From positions 2,336,001-2,400,000 of the forward strand of contig OZ243974.1 of NCBI GenBank assembly GCA_965214775.1: DNA of 64,000 bases, given 5' to 3'. The notes under the pieces were generated by a model that saw only the letters and a program-made list of their open reading frames with translations, made no database searches and was not told the DNA's origin. Both the position numbers and the translations under genes were made by a program. Numbering within the stretch: the stretch's first letter is position 1; every line of letters begins with the position of its first letter. Positions 19,754-30,571 of the stretch are shown here, piece by piece. The stretch comes from Nitrosopumilus sp. Its GTDB lineage: Archaea > Thermoproteota > Nitrososphaeria > Nitrososphaerales > Nitrosopumilaceae.

Positions 19754-21921
19754 GTCTGGAACCGCAAGAGCTTGACGAACTAAAATCCAAAATTGGAAGA
19801 AACCCTACGTTTACCGAATTACAAATTGTAGCTGCTGAATGGTCTGAACATTGCTCGTACAAATCCTCAAAACGCCATCTCAAAATGCTTCCGATGAAGG
19901 GACCTCTTGTGATTGCCGAGAAAGGATATGACTCTGGCGTCCTGGATGTTGGCGGCGGGTATGTTGTCACTGCTCACATTGAAAGTCATAACCATCCGTC
20001 AGCAGTAGAGCCTTATGGCGGCGCGGCAACCGGTGTTGGCGGCGTCATCAGAGACATACTGTCTGCTGGAACCAGACCCGTTGCAATTTTTAACGGACTA
20101 CGATTTGGCGATATCACAAAAGATCAACAAGCCAGATGGCTTTTCAAAAATGCCGTGACTGGAATTGCCGACTATGGAAACTGCCTGGGCGTTCCGACTA
20201 TTGGGGGAGAGGTAGAGTTTGATCAATGCTATGAAAACTATGCGCTTGTAGATGTGGCAGCAGTCGGCTTTGGGAAGAGGGAGAATCTCATAAAAAACCG
20301 TGCAAAAAAGGGTGACGTTGTAGTCTTGATGGGTGGCCCTACCGGAAGGGACGGGATTGGCGGCTCCCAATTTGCATCTGATTCCTTGGAGTCTGAAGAC
20401 CGTTCTGCAGTTCAAATTCCAGACCCGTTTATTGAAAAACTAATCATTGAGACAGTTTTTGAAGCACGGAATCAGAAACTAATTCACGCCATGAAAGATT
20501 TGGGAGGCGGAGGCTTGTCATGCGCCATCTCTGAGACTGCTGATGCGCTAGGGGTAGGAATCGAGATGGACGTCTCCAAAGTCCATACCAGGGAGCCTGA
20601 CATGCGTCCAGACGAAATCATGGTCTCAGAGTCCCAGGAAAGAATGTTGATTGTCACCAGCAAGGCAAAGCTGAAAAGATTACGGAAAATCTGTGAAAAA
20701 TTCAGGATTGGATGTTCCGTAATTGGCACGATCAAATGCGATAATCAAATGCATGTCAAAAAAGGAAAAGAGACGTTTGCAAGTCTTCCGACAGGCGTTG
20801 TGGCAAATGCAACTCTCTTGGATTTGCCCTCAAAAAAACCAGAATACCTTGAGAATGTCAAAAAAGAGAGGAAACTCAAAACAATGTCTGATTATTCTAA
20901 AATTCTGCTAAAACTTCTCGGTTCTCCAAATATCGCAAGCAAGATATGGGTATATGGGCAGTATGATCACGAAGTAGGAATAAGAACCGTTGTAAAACCC
21001 GGACGTGACGCATCTGTTCTGCGACTAGATAACGGAAGATTTCTTTCGGCAAAAATTGACGCAAATCCAAAGCAATGCTATCTGAATCCAAGGCAAGGCG
21101 CAATTGGATGCTTTGAGGAGGCCTGCAGAAATGTTGTCTGTACCGGCGCAAGACCCATCGGAATGCTTGACCATCTTCAATTTGGAAATCCAAAAGATCC
21201 TGAAATATTTTGGACGTTCCTAGAATCATTAAGGGGGCTGACTGAGTTTGCCAGATACTTTAAAATCCCATGCATAGGCGGCAAAGTGAGCCTATACAAC
21301 GAAACCCCCTCAGGAGGCCCGATCAAGCCTACCCCCCTAATTGGCGTTTTGGGGTTGATTGACAAAAAACCTCTGATTTCTCAGAGAATCACTGACGGTG
21401 ACTGTCTAATCTTAGTTGGTGACACAAAAGACGAGCTTGGAGGCTCCGAATATTTCGAGTATGTCCACAAGTTTATCGGGGGCAGATGCCCTGCCGTCGA
21501 CTTTGAACACTCAAAAAAGAATATGAAATCTGTTCTTGACTCAATTGAAAAACAACTGTTAAAATCGGCCCATGACTGCTCCAAGGGCGGACTGGCAGTT
21601 GCAGTATCTGAATTGTGCATGACAGACCAAGTTGGATGCCAAATATCGCTAGAAAAAATTCCAGGCCAAAAGCTAGATGCAGACAGGCTGTTGTTTTCAG
21701 AAAGCCATTCTCGTTATTTGCTGACAGTTGACAAAAAGAATCTCAAAAAAGTAAAAGAGATTCTAAGGAAACACAAAACATCATTCAGGCAGATTGGCCA
21801 ATTTTCAGGCGACTCTGTCGTCTTTACCAAGGGAGGCAGGCCGGTCATAGATCTAAGAGTTGATAAGGCGCAAAAAACCTGGATAAATTCGTTGAGGGAC
21901 TTGGTACTTTATGGACGATGA
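19750..21921 (+). CDS. purL: FGAM synthase subunit PurL
   Basis: WSEHCSYKSS, ESHNHPS, GAATGVGG. Confidence 0.97.
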   Translation: MSLEPQELDELKSKIGRNPTFTELQIVAAEWSEHCSYKSSKRHLKMLPMKGPLVIAEKGYDSGVLDVGGGYVVTAHIESHNHPSAVEPYGGAATGVGGVIRDILSAGTRPVAIFNGLRFGDITKDQQARWLFKNAVTGIADYGNCLGVPTIGGEVEFDQCYENYALVDVAAVGFGKRENLIKNRAKKGDVVVLMGGPTGRDGIGGSQFASDSLESEDRSAVQIPDPFIEKLIIETVFEARNQKLIHAMKDLGGGGLSCAISETADALGVGIEMDVSKVHTREPDMRPDEIMVSESQERMLIVTSKAKLKRLRKICEKFRIGCSVIGTIKCDNQMHVKKGKETFASLPTGVVANATLLDLPSKKPEYLENVKKERKLKTMSDYSKILLKLLGSPNIASKIWVYGQYDHEVGIRTVVKPGRDASVLRLDNGRFLSAKIDANPKQCYLNPRQGAIGCFEEACRNVVCTGARPIGMLDHLQFGNPKDPEIFWTFLESLRGLTEFARYFKIPCIGGKVSLYNETPSGGPIKPTPLIGVLGLIDKKPLISQRITDGDCLILVGDTKDELGGSEYFEYVHKFIGGRCPAVDFEHSKKNMKSVLDSIEKQLLKSAHDCSKGGLAVAVSELCMTDQVGCQISLEKIPGQKLDADRLLFSESHSRYLLTVDKKNLKKVKEILRKHKTSFRQIGQFSGDSVVFTKGGRPVIDLRVDKAQKTWINSLRDLVLYGR

Positions 21922-23362
21922 CAGGCCAAGGGAAAATTGCGGCGTGGTTGGAATTTACAGCCTGTCTGGAAAAAACGTCATCCCGATGGTCTTTGATGCG
22001 TTACGAGCTTTGCAACATAGAGGACAAGAGGCATGGGGCTTTGCTGTTCCAAACAAGCCTCCGTTTAAGAGAGTGGGGCTGGTATCTCAGTCTTCGTCTG
22101 ACTTTAAAAGACTTGCAAAAGAGTATGAATCCCCGTGTGTGATTGGACATGTGCGATATTCCACCATGGGGAGCAGTACCCTGGATAATGCACAACCACT
22201 CAAAGTCAGAGACCTGTGTGTTGCACATAATGGAACAATTGCCAATGCTCAGGAGCTGGCCAACCTTGTTGGAGGCTGTTCGTTTACCCCTCAAAACGCA
22301 AGTGATACGCTGATTGCCGCTCAACGCCTTGTCTCTTTAATTTCTGAAAACGGGGGGATGGGAAAAGCCCTTTCAATCTTAAAAAACGAGATGGCGGGCT
22401 CTTACTGCTTTACGTTTATCTCCGATGATGACAACTCGGTTTTTGCTGCCCGTGATCCTAAGGGATTCCGTCCCATGGTTCTAGGACACAAGGAATCTGA
22501 TGACACCTATATTGTAACTTCTGAATCTTCTGCAGTAACTGCAGTTGGCGCAGCTTTGCAAAGAGACGTCGTTCCAGGAGAGCTGATCAAGCTAAGCCGA
22601 TATGGTTTGGAGACTGAAAAATTCTCTGATGACGCCTCTCGTGCACACTGTTCGTTTGAATTCACCTACTTTGCACATCCGTCTAGCGACATGGAGGGAC
22701 GCAACATCTATGTCTCTAGAAAGCAAATCGGAAAATTCATGGCAAGGAAATTCCCTCTCAAAGAAGCGGATCTGGTCATTCCTGTTCCGGATTCTGCAAG
22801 ACCCGCAGCTTTGGGATATGCACAAGAGCTGGGAATATCATTTGACGAGGGATTGCTAAAGGACAGATACAGCAAAAAGGGCCCGTTGCGAAGTTTCATT
22901 GAACCCCACCAAAGTGACAGGGTGGACATTAACCGCTGGATCATTCCGATTACCCAAATCATCAAAGACAAGCATGTCGTAGTAATTGATGACAGTCTTG
23001 TAAGGGGCACCAGCTCCAGGGCAATCATCAAGGCTCTGCGTCGGGCAGGTGCCAAAAAAATCAGCATGTTGATTACATACCCGCAAATCAACTATCCGTG
23101 TTACGCTGGAATTGATTTTCCCTCCCAAGAAGAACTGGCAACCTATGTCAATGGAAAAACGATGACCTGTGATGAAATCACTGAAATGGTTAGACAGAGT
23201 ATCGGCGTTGACTTTTTAGGGTATAATGATGCTGAGAACCTGGCTGCTGCAGTCGGACTTTCAAAAGACTCTATGTGCTTTACATGCTCTTCGGGAAATT
23301 ATGAATCCCTGGGCATAAAACCTGACTTTACAAAACGTGAGCAAGTAAAGGCAACAAACTAG
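21911..23362 (+). CDS. purF: amidophosphoribosyltransferase
   Basis: CGVVG, LQHRGQE, GHVRYST, DDSLVRGTS. Confidence 0.97.
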   Translation: MDDDRPRENCGVVGIYSLSGKNVIPMVFDALRALQHRGQEAWGFAVPNKPPFKRVGLVSQSSSDFKRLAKEYESPCVIGHVRYSTMGSSTLDNAQPLKVRDLCVAHNGTIANAQELANLVGGCSFTPQNASDTLIAAQRLVSLISENGGMGKALSILKNEMAGSYCFTFISDDDNSVFAARDPKGFRPMVLGHKESDDTYIVTSESSAVTAVGAALQRDVVPGELIKLSRYGLETEKFSDDASRAHCSFEFTYFAHPSSDMEGRNIYVSRKQIGKFMARKFPLKEADLVIPVPDSARPAALGYAQELGISFDEGLLKDRYSKKGPLRSFIEPHQSDRVDINRWIIPITQIIKDKHVVVIDDSLVRGTSSRAIIKALRRAGAKKISMLITYPQINYPCYAGIDFPSQEELATYVNGKTMTCDEITEMVRQSIGVDFLGYNDAENLAAAVGLSKDSMCFTCSSGNYESLGIKPDFTKREQVKATN

Positions 23363-23460
23363 AACCGATTTGGAGATTTTATTGCGTTAGGCAGCTGCCC
23401 TCTCTTCCTGCCGGCATGTTCTGCTGCCGCCATCCGGTGCCTGAGCCTGGCTTTCTAATG

Positions 23461-24612
23461 TGTATAGTCCAAAAAGTAGTTCACCCCTTCTCTGAGTGTG
23501 TAAAGTCGGTCAGGAGCAGATGTGCAAGCCTGACCCACACTGGAAGTACAGGTGTGTGGGTCTGGCGACGAAAGCTCCGTAAATACGTGAGTCTTGAGCA
23601 CCCAAACGGCATGAAGCTAGAGAAAAGCCAAGTACAATGGATAGTGAAAGAAAAGAAAAAGGGCGAGCTTACCAACGCCCAGATAGCCGGAACCATGGAC
23701 GTGACAGTACGGTGGGTCCAGAAGCTGTGGGCCAGGCACAAAGGCTGCCCTGCGGCAAGCGAAATATCGCATCCTGCGCCAATGGGAAGGCCCCAGAACG
23801 GTCTGCCCGGACGCAGGGAGCACTCTGCAGTCATGTCTGCCAGACATGCAGAGCACATGGGGGCTGCCGGACTGCAGCAGCGCATAGCGAATCAGACCGG
23901 AATCCATATCCCGCACGGCATCATACACAAGATACTGAGGGACGAGGAGATGGCAGAGGCGCAGCCCAGCAAGGGTACAAGGTACAGGTGGGTCCGATAC
24001 GAGCGCGATCACTCAAACTCGCTGTGGCATACGGACTGGAAGCAGATCCACGGCGGAATGCACGACGGCAGATGGTTCCTGTGCTACGAGGACGATGCCT
24101 CCAGGTTTGTGACCGGATATGGCATCTTTGATAATGCCACGACCAAAAACGCCCTGGCAGTGCTTGAGACGGCAATAGAAAAGCACGGCAAGCCGGCCTC
24201 GATCATGACAGACCACGGCAGCCAGTTCTATGCCAACGAGAAAGAGACGGCAAAAAAGAGGGGCGAAGGCGAGTTTGAAAAGAAACTGACAGAACTGGGA
24301 ATACGGCAGATCCTGGCAGGCGTGGGACGACCCCAGACCAACGGAAAGGTCGAGCGCCTCCACGGGGAGATCCAGCGCAAGCTGCACGAGTTCGAGGAGA
24401 TCATGATGAGAAAAAGCGACCCGATAGACCTGTTCATGCAGTGGTACAATCATGACAGGCCCCACAGGTCGCTGGACTGGGACAATCAGGAGACGCCCGC
24501 ACAGGCATTTCTCAGAAAGATGCCCAAGGAGGGGGAAACCGTTATTGACGGGCAGACAGGAGAGGAGTATGATGTCAAATAAGGGGGGGCGAACTACTTT
24601 CTGGATCCCACA
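23461..24612 (+). mobile_element. complete IS481-family element
   Basis: TGT...ACA ends with imperfect 27-bp TIR; 16-bp flanking duplication GCCTGGCTTTCTAATG. Confidence 0.9.
23611..24582 (+). CDS. IS481-family transposase (rve integrase core)
   Basis: WHTDWK, DDASR, TDHGSQF, PQTNGKVER, YNHDRPH. Confidence 0.92.
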   Translation: MKLEKSQVQWIVKEKKKGELTNAQIAGTMDVTVRWVQKLWARHKGCPAASEISHPAPMGRPQNGLPGRREHSAVMSARHAEHMGAAGLQQRIANQTGIHIPHGIIHKILRDEEMAEAQPSKGTRYRWVRYERDHSNSLWHTDWKQIHGGMHDGRWFLCYEDDASRFVTGYGIFDNATTKNALAVLETAIEKHGKPASIMTDHGSQFYANEKETAKKRGEGEFEKKLTELGIRQILAGVGRPQTNGKVERLHGEIQRKLHEFEEIMMRKSDPIDLFMQWYNHDRPHRSLDWDNQETPAQAFLRKMPKEGETVIDGQTGEEYDVK

Positions 24613-24647
24613 GCCTGGCTTTCTAATGCGATTTCGTTAAATATGCC

Positions 24648-24944
24648 TTGGAGTTATTTGTGTTAATGCAGGCAGTTTGGAACGACGTCGTCATTGCCAA
24701 AAGCAACGACACTGTAGTTGTGGAGGGAAACCACTATTTTCCAATCGACTCAATCAAAAAGGAATACTTTCAAAAGACAGACTTTACTACGTTTTGCGGC
24801 TGGAAGGGAACGGCTAATTACTATTCTGTCACTGTCAATGGAAGGACCAACAAAGACTGTGCTTGGTATTATGCAGAACCAAATGATGCGGCCATGAAAA
24901 TCAAGGGAATGGTTGCTTTTTGGAACGGCATCAAAGTGGAATGA
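24648..24944 (+). CDS. DUF427 protein
   Basis: VEGNHYFP, CGWKGTANYY, AWYY. Confidence 0.9.
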   Translation: MELFVLMQAVWNDVVIAKSNDTVVVEGNHYFPIDSIKKEYFQKTDFTTFCGWKGTANYYSVTVNGRTNKDCAWYYAEPNDAAMKIKGMVAFWNGIKVE

Positions 24945-25179
24945 TTTCCAGATTTTTCTGGCTTGTAGTCTTCTGGCTTCAAAACGGCTAGTGGCAAAAC
25001 ATCCTGCAAGTGAATTTACACAGGATGATGGGCATTTGTTTTTGACTCAATCACAAGAAGATCCATGGGCAATCATAAAACCTGCAGATGCTGCAAGGAA
25101 AAAAAAGAAATGAGGCATGCAAACCAACATGGCGGGGTTGCCGTTTGTCTGACATGATTTTACGGCATTGAAAAACCGG

Positions 25180-25662
25180 CTATTTTTGAGCAGAATCTTC
25201 TTGAATTTTAATTGGAATTGTTTTGCCTTCTCTCAAAATGCTCAATGATCTAAACATTACTCCCTGAACCGTACTGCAGCCTGAAGAGCATTTGGAGTAG
25301 TCAAATTCATTCTTCTGGAAATTCTGACTCTTTTTAGATTTGTCTGCCGAAAATACGTATCCGAGTAATTTTTTTAGTCCTTTGCTCCCCCCAAAAGCCG
25401 CATCCTGCGTTACAAACCAAGACATTTCCAATCCCTCGTATCCGTGCGGGAAGATTTTGCCTTTGAACTCTTTTCCGGCTTTTGAATAATGGCCTATCAT
25501 GGTGATTTTGCCGTTGACTAGCTTGTCTGCCAACTTTGCATATGACGTGCAGGAGGCACACATGTCGTCATAGATTAGTACGGGAAAGTTCATGTCTGTT
25601 GTTGGCCTTTCTGACGTATATAGTATCCATCTCTCCCTCCCTCTCTCCCTTCGTTCATCCAT
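25180..25662 (-). CDS. DCC1/DUF393-like thiol-disulfide oxidoreductase
   Basis: LIYDDMCASC; real start probably at MNFPV. Confidence 0.7.
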   Translation of the reverse strand: MDERRERGRERWILYTSERPTTDMNFPVLIYDDMCASCTSYAKLADKLVNGKITMIGHYSKAGKEFKGKIFPHGYEGLEMSWFVTQDAAFGGSKGLKKLLGYVFSADKSKKSQNFQKNEFDYSKCSSGCSTVQGVMFRSLSILREGKTIPIKIQEDSAQK

Positions 25663-25697
25663 CCATGCTTAATTACTAGCGTGACTAACTACACAAA

Positions 25698-26084
25698 GTG
25701 AGGCAGTACACGATACTCGTTGGCATTGGCGTTGGAGTCATAGGAATCATGGCCATAATATTTGGAATGGATGTTGTGAAACTGTCAGTATCGACACAGG
25801 ATTATGATATTTTCGTGGATCCGATCTTGGACAAGCAAAGCCTCTTTGTTATGGGCAGGGTGACAATTCAAAACACTGGCTCTGAGCCCTTGACAAACGT
25901 CCGCGTAAACTTTGGTTCTGGGGACACTCTTGATTTGGGAACCATCAAGGCAGGGCAAAAGATCATTGTTTCTCCACCTCCTGACAATCCGATGGAATTC
26001 GTAATGATCAGCGCCGATAATGACGTGTTTGTTAACAAAGCCTACCGCGAGATGCCAAAAATGGTTGGAATGATGGGCTCCTAG
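25698..26084 (+). CDS. membrane-anchored Ig-like hypothetical protein
   Basis: N-terminal TM; VTIQNTGSEPLTNV beta-rich domain. Confidence 0.7.
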   Translation: MRQYTILVGIGVGVIGIMAIIFGMDVVKLSVSTQDYDIFVDPILDKQSLFVMGRVTIQNTGSEPLTNVRVNFGSGDTLDLGTIKAGQKIIVSPPPDNPMEFVMISADNDVFVNKAYREMPKMVGMMGS

Positions 26085-26123
26085 CCCTAGCAGTTAAATT
26101 TAATCAGACTCAACAAAGTTTGT

Positions 26124-26951
26124 TTGAAATTTCTGACTGGTGGAAAGGTAAAAGATCTTTATAGCGTAGACGAGAAGACACTTCTTTTCAAATTCTCTGA
26201 TCGTGTATCGGCCTATGATGTAAAATTCAGGCAAGACATCCCCAGAAAGGGGGAGGTGCTGTGCAAGTTTGCAGAATTTTGGTTTGATGAGCTGGACGTG
26301 GCAAACCACTTTGTAAAAAGAGAGTCTGACACGGAAATTCTTGTAAAAAAAATGCAGATGCTTCCAATAGAGTGCGTGGTTCGGGGCTACTTTTATGGAA
26401 GTTACTTTGACAGATGGAAGAAAGGCAAGGTCGCAATTCCTAAAGGAGTAAACGATACTGCGATGGCATCAAAGCTTTCGTATCCGGTATTTGATCCTAC
26501 GACAAAATCCGAGCATGATATTCCAATTGACAAATCAAAAGCACTTGAGATGAAACTTGTAACTGAAAAACAGTATGACTGGCTGGAAAAAACCTCTGTT
26601 GACATTTATAAAAAAATGTCCTCTGTTGCAGATTCGGCCGGGTTTATCCTGGCTGATTTGAAGCTAGAGTTTGGAGTTTTAGATGGACAGATCACATTAG
26701 GCGATTCAATAGGGCCTGACGAGTACCGCTTGTGGCCAAAAGACACTTTTGAAATTGGAAAAATCCAAGAGGCATATGACAAGCAGATATTACGTGATTG
26801 GCTGACTGCCAACGGCTACCAAAAGCAATTTGATGATGCCCGGGATGCAAGGAGAGAACCTGTCGCTCCGAACATACCTGATGAGATCATCTCAAAGATG
26901 ACTCGACGGTATGTCGTTGCGTTTGAAAGATTTGCTGGCAAGTCCCTTTGA
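26124..26951 (+). CDS. purC: SAICAR synthetase
   Basis: [39 protein letters not shown]. Confidence 0.97.
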   Translation: MKFLTGGKVKDLYSVDEKTLLFKFSDRVSAYDVKFRQDIPRKGEVLCKFAEFWFDELDVANHFVKRESDTEILVKKMQMLPIECVVRGYFYGSYFDRWKKGKVAIPKGVNDTAMASKLSYPVFDPTTKSEHDIPIDKSKALEMKLVTEKQYDWLEKTSVDIYKKMSSVADSAGFILADLKLEFGVLDGQITLGDSIGPDEYRLWPKDTFEIGKIQEAYDKQILRDWLTANGYQKQFDDARDARREPVAPNIPDEIISKMTRRYVVAFERFAGKSL

Positions 26952-27290
26952 TTGGATCATTACAGAGTAGAATTCATCTTTCAACTCGAATTCCTTTTTT
27001 GAAGATTTGCAAAAATCTGCCTGTTTGAGGCATTTTGCCAGCCAAACGTCCGCATCCTCCCTTTTTTGGGGCCTTGTGAAAATTTTGACACTGCTACAAA
27101 ATATCTTCCAATTATACTAGTTTTATCGTAATACTACCAATAATATTGGTATAATTATGATGCTTTTCGTAGCGGTTACAATCATTTTCGTAGCAGTTAC
27201 AATACTTTTGATACCGCTATAAAGTTTTTAGAAACAAAAAAAAATTAATGCAATTAGACAAAAAAATATGATATAGGGATCTTTTAGATC

Positions 27291-27815
27291 ATGCTGAAAT
27301 CTACTTATTGTATGTCTACTCTGTTAGAAAAGCAAATCAAAGTAAATCGCATTGTTACGACAAGCACCGAGCATGCAAGGGCAATTGAAGACCCTGCCCG
27401 TGCAAAAATTGTGGAGATTCTGTATCGGCAGGCAATGTCTGCAGATCAAATCACCAAAGCGTTAAAAAAGACAGGTTACAAAAAAGCACTGACTACTGTC
27501 CGACACCACTTGGAGATCCTCAAAGAATCTGGCCTGATTGAAGTTGTCAAAATTGAAGAATCTCGCGGAGCCATAACAAAATATTACGGCACGTCTACAA
27601 AGTTACTTGACTTTGAAACTCCGAAAGATTTCGAGTCACAGTACTCAAAAGTCATAGATAACACGTCAGCCAAAATCGAAAAAATCCTCAAGGGACTTGC
27701 CCCAAAAACATCAAAAACAAAGGGAAAGAAATCCCCAGAATACTCCCAGTATCTGGTCATGGAAATCATGAACCGGGCCATGACAAACGTGTTTGAAAAT
27801 TCGGGTAAAAAATAG
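27291..27815 (+). CDS. ArsR-like winged-helix transcription regulator
   Basis: DPARAKIVEIL...TTVRHHLEILKESGLI. Confidence 0.85.
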   Translation: MLKSTYCMSTLLEKQIKVNRIVTTSTEHARAIEDPARAKIVEILYRQAMSADQITKALKKTGYKKALTTVRHHLEILKESGLIEVVKIEESRGAITKYYGTSTKLLDFETPKDFESQYSKVIDNTSAKIEKILKGLAPKTSKTKGKKSPEYSQYLVMEIMNRAMTNVFENSGKK

Positions 27816-27852
27816 TCGTTAAACCTAAGTATTCCATGTGTGATATTATTGC

Positions 27853-28173
27853 ATGGTACGAGTGTTTTACAGCCAGAAGACAGAGGATCTCATAGAGAAG
27901 ATGACCCTGACACACTGGAGGCAGCAGGTTCAAAACGAGCTTGGCAAAGAACATCAGAGCATGTCTGATAATTGGAAAATGTGTGCAATTGGCGAGCGCA
28001 TACGCATAGAAGGAAAAGACCTAGAGTCAGTCAGGGATCTGTCTCCTGAGGCGATCCAACTGGGATATGACTTTTCAATTGCCATGCAAGAAAAAGACAA
28101 CCAAAAAGCACTGGAAATAATAGCAAAAATTGAACAACTACCTACAATTTGGCGTGATGAGGAACATGGATAA
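27853..28173 (+). CDS. hypothetical protein
   Basis: 106 aa ORF overlapping the start of the next gene. Confidence 0.7.
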   Translation: MVRVFYSQKTEDLIEKMTLTHWRQQVQNELGKEHQSMSDNWKMCAIGERIRIEGKDLESVRDLSPEAIQLGYDFSIAMQEKDNQKALEIIAKIEQLPTIWRDEEHG

Positions 28174-28570
28174 AAGAGCTGCAAAATTATTTTCTCAAAA
28201 AAACCTGGCTTTCATTGCAACTGTGATGAAAGACGGTTCCCCACAAGTATCTCCTGTTTGGGCAAATTTTGAAGGTGGTTATGTTCTGGTAAATACTGCT
28301 GAGGGGCGCATAAAACACAAAAATGTTTTACGGGATCCTCGAGTTGCAGTTTCAGTCGTTTCAAAAGATAACCCCTTGGACATGACTACAATTCGTGGTG
28401 TCGTTGAAGAATTGATTCCTGATTATGATTATCGACATGCAGACAAATTAACCAGACAATATATGGGATGCAAACATTATCCCTTCAAACGCGATGGTGA
28501 AAAAAGAGTCATTCTAAAAATAAAGCCTGACAGGGTTTTTGTTTTGCCTGATCTAAAGGTGTCAGAGTAA
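28166..28570 (+). CDS. PPOX-class (F420-dependent) oxidoreductase
   Basis: ATVMKDGSPQVSPVW, KHKNVLRDPRVAVSV. Confidence 0.9.
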   Translation: MDKRAAKLFSQKNLAFIATVMKDGSPQVSPVWANFEGGYVLVNTAEGRIKHKNVLRDPRVAVSVVSKDNPLDMTTIRGVVEELIPDYDYRHADKLTRQYMGCKHYPFKRDGEKRVILKIKPDRVFVLPDLKVSE

Positions 28571-28825
28571 GAATTTATAATATTTCTAAATTCGAATTTA
28601 GCAATACAATCAATTTAATGCTGGACTGGAAAAAAGACTCAAAGACAGTTTGACGTTTTGTTGCTGCCTTTTCCTTGCATGACGATGCTGTTGCCGTTGC
28701 TGCCTTTGGAAGTCATCGTGACTTTTTTTGTAAAAATATTCGGTGTTGTGGAAAAACAAGTCATATACTAGACTACTTCAACTATTGAAAAATTTGACAG
28801 TTCTTGTGGTTTTAAAATTTATCGG

Positions 28826-29347
28826 TCAACAGTTGACCAGACAAACAGAAGCTGTATCGACTGTTGACTGTTCTTTTTGCGGCCTGATCAAAATTTTGTA
28901 TTGCTTGTCTTCCTCAAACTGTACATCAAACTGTGTGGTTCTTTGTACCGGTTTGCCAGGTTCTATTTTTTCAAATAACAAGTCATTTGCATCAAATTCG
29001 CCATAGGTTGCTTCTGTTTTTTTGTTGCCGTCAATAAAGAAGAACTGTCCTCCTGAGAGATTCGTCACTTTATTGCCGATATTTTTTGCGACAATCCCAA
29101 TTTTTACGAATGTCTTTTCAGGCTTGACATCCTTGTTTCCTTCAAATGTCCCTTCAAACGTGACTATGTATTCTACAGGACCCACGATGATTGGCTCTCC
29201 TGCAATACCTGTCACAAAATTAGTTTGATATTGAGCGTACGTGTACATGGCTATTCCCATAGAACCCACTACTGCCCCTATGACAATAACAATTCCCAGA
29301 TTTACCATGAAATCTGCTGGCTTTTTTGGTATATAGTTGAAGCGCAA
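28826..29347 (-). CDS. DUF4352-like membrane-anchored protein
   Basis: TM followed by beta-rich domain (FVKIGIVAKNIG, IEPG, FDV). Confidence 0.7.
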   Translation of the reverse strand: MRFNYIPKKPADFMVNLGIVIVIGAVVGSMGIAMYTYAQYQTNFVTGIAGEPIIVGPVEYIVTFEGTFEGNKDVKPEKTFVKIGIVAKNIGNKVTNLSGGQFFFIDGNKKTEATYGEFDANDLLFEKIEPGKPVQRTTQFDVQFEEDKQYKILIRPQKEQSTVDTASVCLVNC

Positions 29348-29885
29348 AAAAAAACGATGCTGTTCAGAATCGTAATCCTAGGGCATATTTTTTGCAGTGA
29401 TCTGCACTAAATCGCACATGATGCCTGCTGACATCGCGGACGGATCTATTTGATGCAAATTCGTTTATGCATGATCCGAATTTGTTAATTTCAAAGCAAC
29501 CCTCATGTTGATAAAACGACGAATGCGCAGCAGGGACAGGAAGTTTCTGCAAAATTTTTGCCTGCAAGACGTGTTAGAGTTTGAGGATCTGGTGAGCCGT
29601 AGAAATATGTCTTGGAAGAACTTTCGGATACGAGGTCACCTACCCCCATCAGCTAGGCACGGATTAGCGTGCATGATTGTGATTTTCGTGCCTAGATGGT
29701 AGGGGGACGTGACCACATACACTTTCGGGATTAAATCCGTGCAAACTAGAGATATGGTGATCCAAAACACGCATGATCGGATCCGAGTCGACAAATCATG
29801 CCGGTAGTGCCTGTCTGGCAACAATACACGGTTGCATCTTGACTATCTATGTGATTTTCAGCGTACCTGCAGTGTATTTTTTATC

Positions 29886-29976
29886 GTAAGAGTTTACCCC
29901 TCAGGCGACACTGCTGGCCGGAGCCTTGATCACCGTGCCTACCACGACGTATTTTCGGGAGGGGGTAAACTCTTAC
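29886..29976. mobile_element. 91-bp MITE
   Basis: TIR GTAAGAGTTTACCCC/GGGGTAAACTCTTAC; 9-bp TSD TTTTTTATC. Confidence 0.9.
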
Positions 29977-30025
29977 TTTTTTATCCATCATAAACAATAT
30001 AAGAATACATGGCACATTCATTATA

Positions 30026-30571
30026 ATGGATGGTGCTAACATAACTGTCTCCGGACTCGTTCAGGGCGTGGGCTTTCGATACATGACAAGACGCCTGGCA
30101 AAAAAGCATGCATTAAAGGGCAAGGTCGAGAACCTAGAAGACGAAACGGTACGCATTGTCTGCGAGGGGAAAAAGACCAACATTGAGGGATTCGCTGATG
30201 CAATACGTCGCGCCCCGGAGCCAGTCGAGGTAGATGATATCCATATAGAATACGTAAAGCCCACCGGCATGTATCAAAATTTTACGATTGTGATGGGGGA
30301 TATGCTAAAGGAGATGGTGGAGGGTCACGCCACGGGGGCCGTGTATCTCGACTTTATACTCCAGAAACAGGATCAGATGCTGGGAAAACAGGATCAGATG
30401 CTGGGAAAACAGGATCAGATGCTGGGAAAACAGGATCAGATGCTGGGAAAACAGGAAGAAACCATTACAGAGATACGTACGCTGTCATCGAGCATACGTA
30501 ATACGATGGATTCGCGTTTTCAGAGGCTTGAGGACGAGATAATAAAGATAAAAACAAAACTTTCCATATGA
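30026..30571 (+). CDS. acylphosphatase with C-terminal heptad-repeat coiled coil
   Basis: GLVQGVGFR, G.VENLED.TV; KQDQMLG x4 from a 21-bp tandem repeat. Confidence 0.88.
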   Translation: MDGANITVSGLVQGVGFRYMTRRLAKKHALKGKVENLEDETVRIVCEGKKTNIEGFADAIRRAPEPVEVDDIHIEYVKPTGMYQNFTIVMGDMLKEMVEGHATGAVYLDFILQKQDQMLGKQDQMLGKQDQMLGKQDQMLGKQEETITEIRTLSSSIRNTMDSRFQRLEDEIIKIKTKLSI

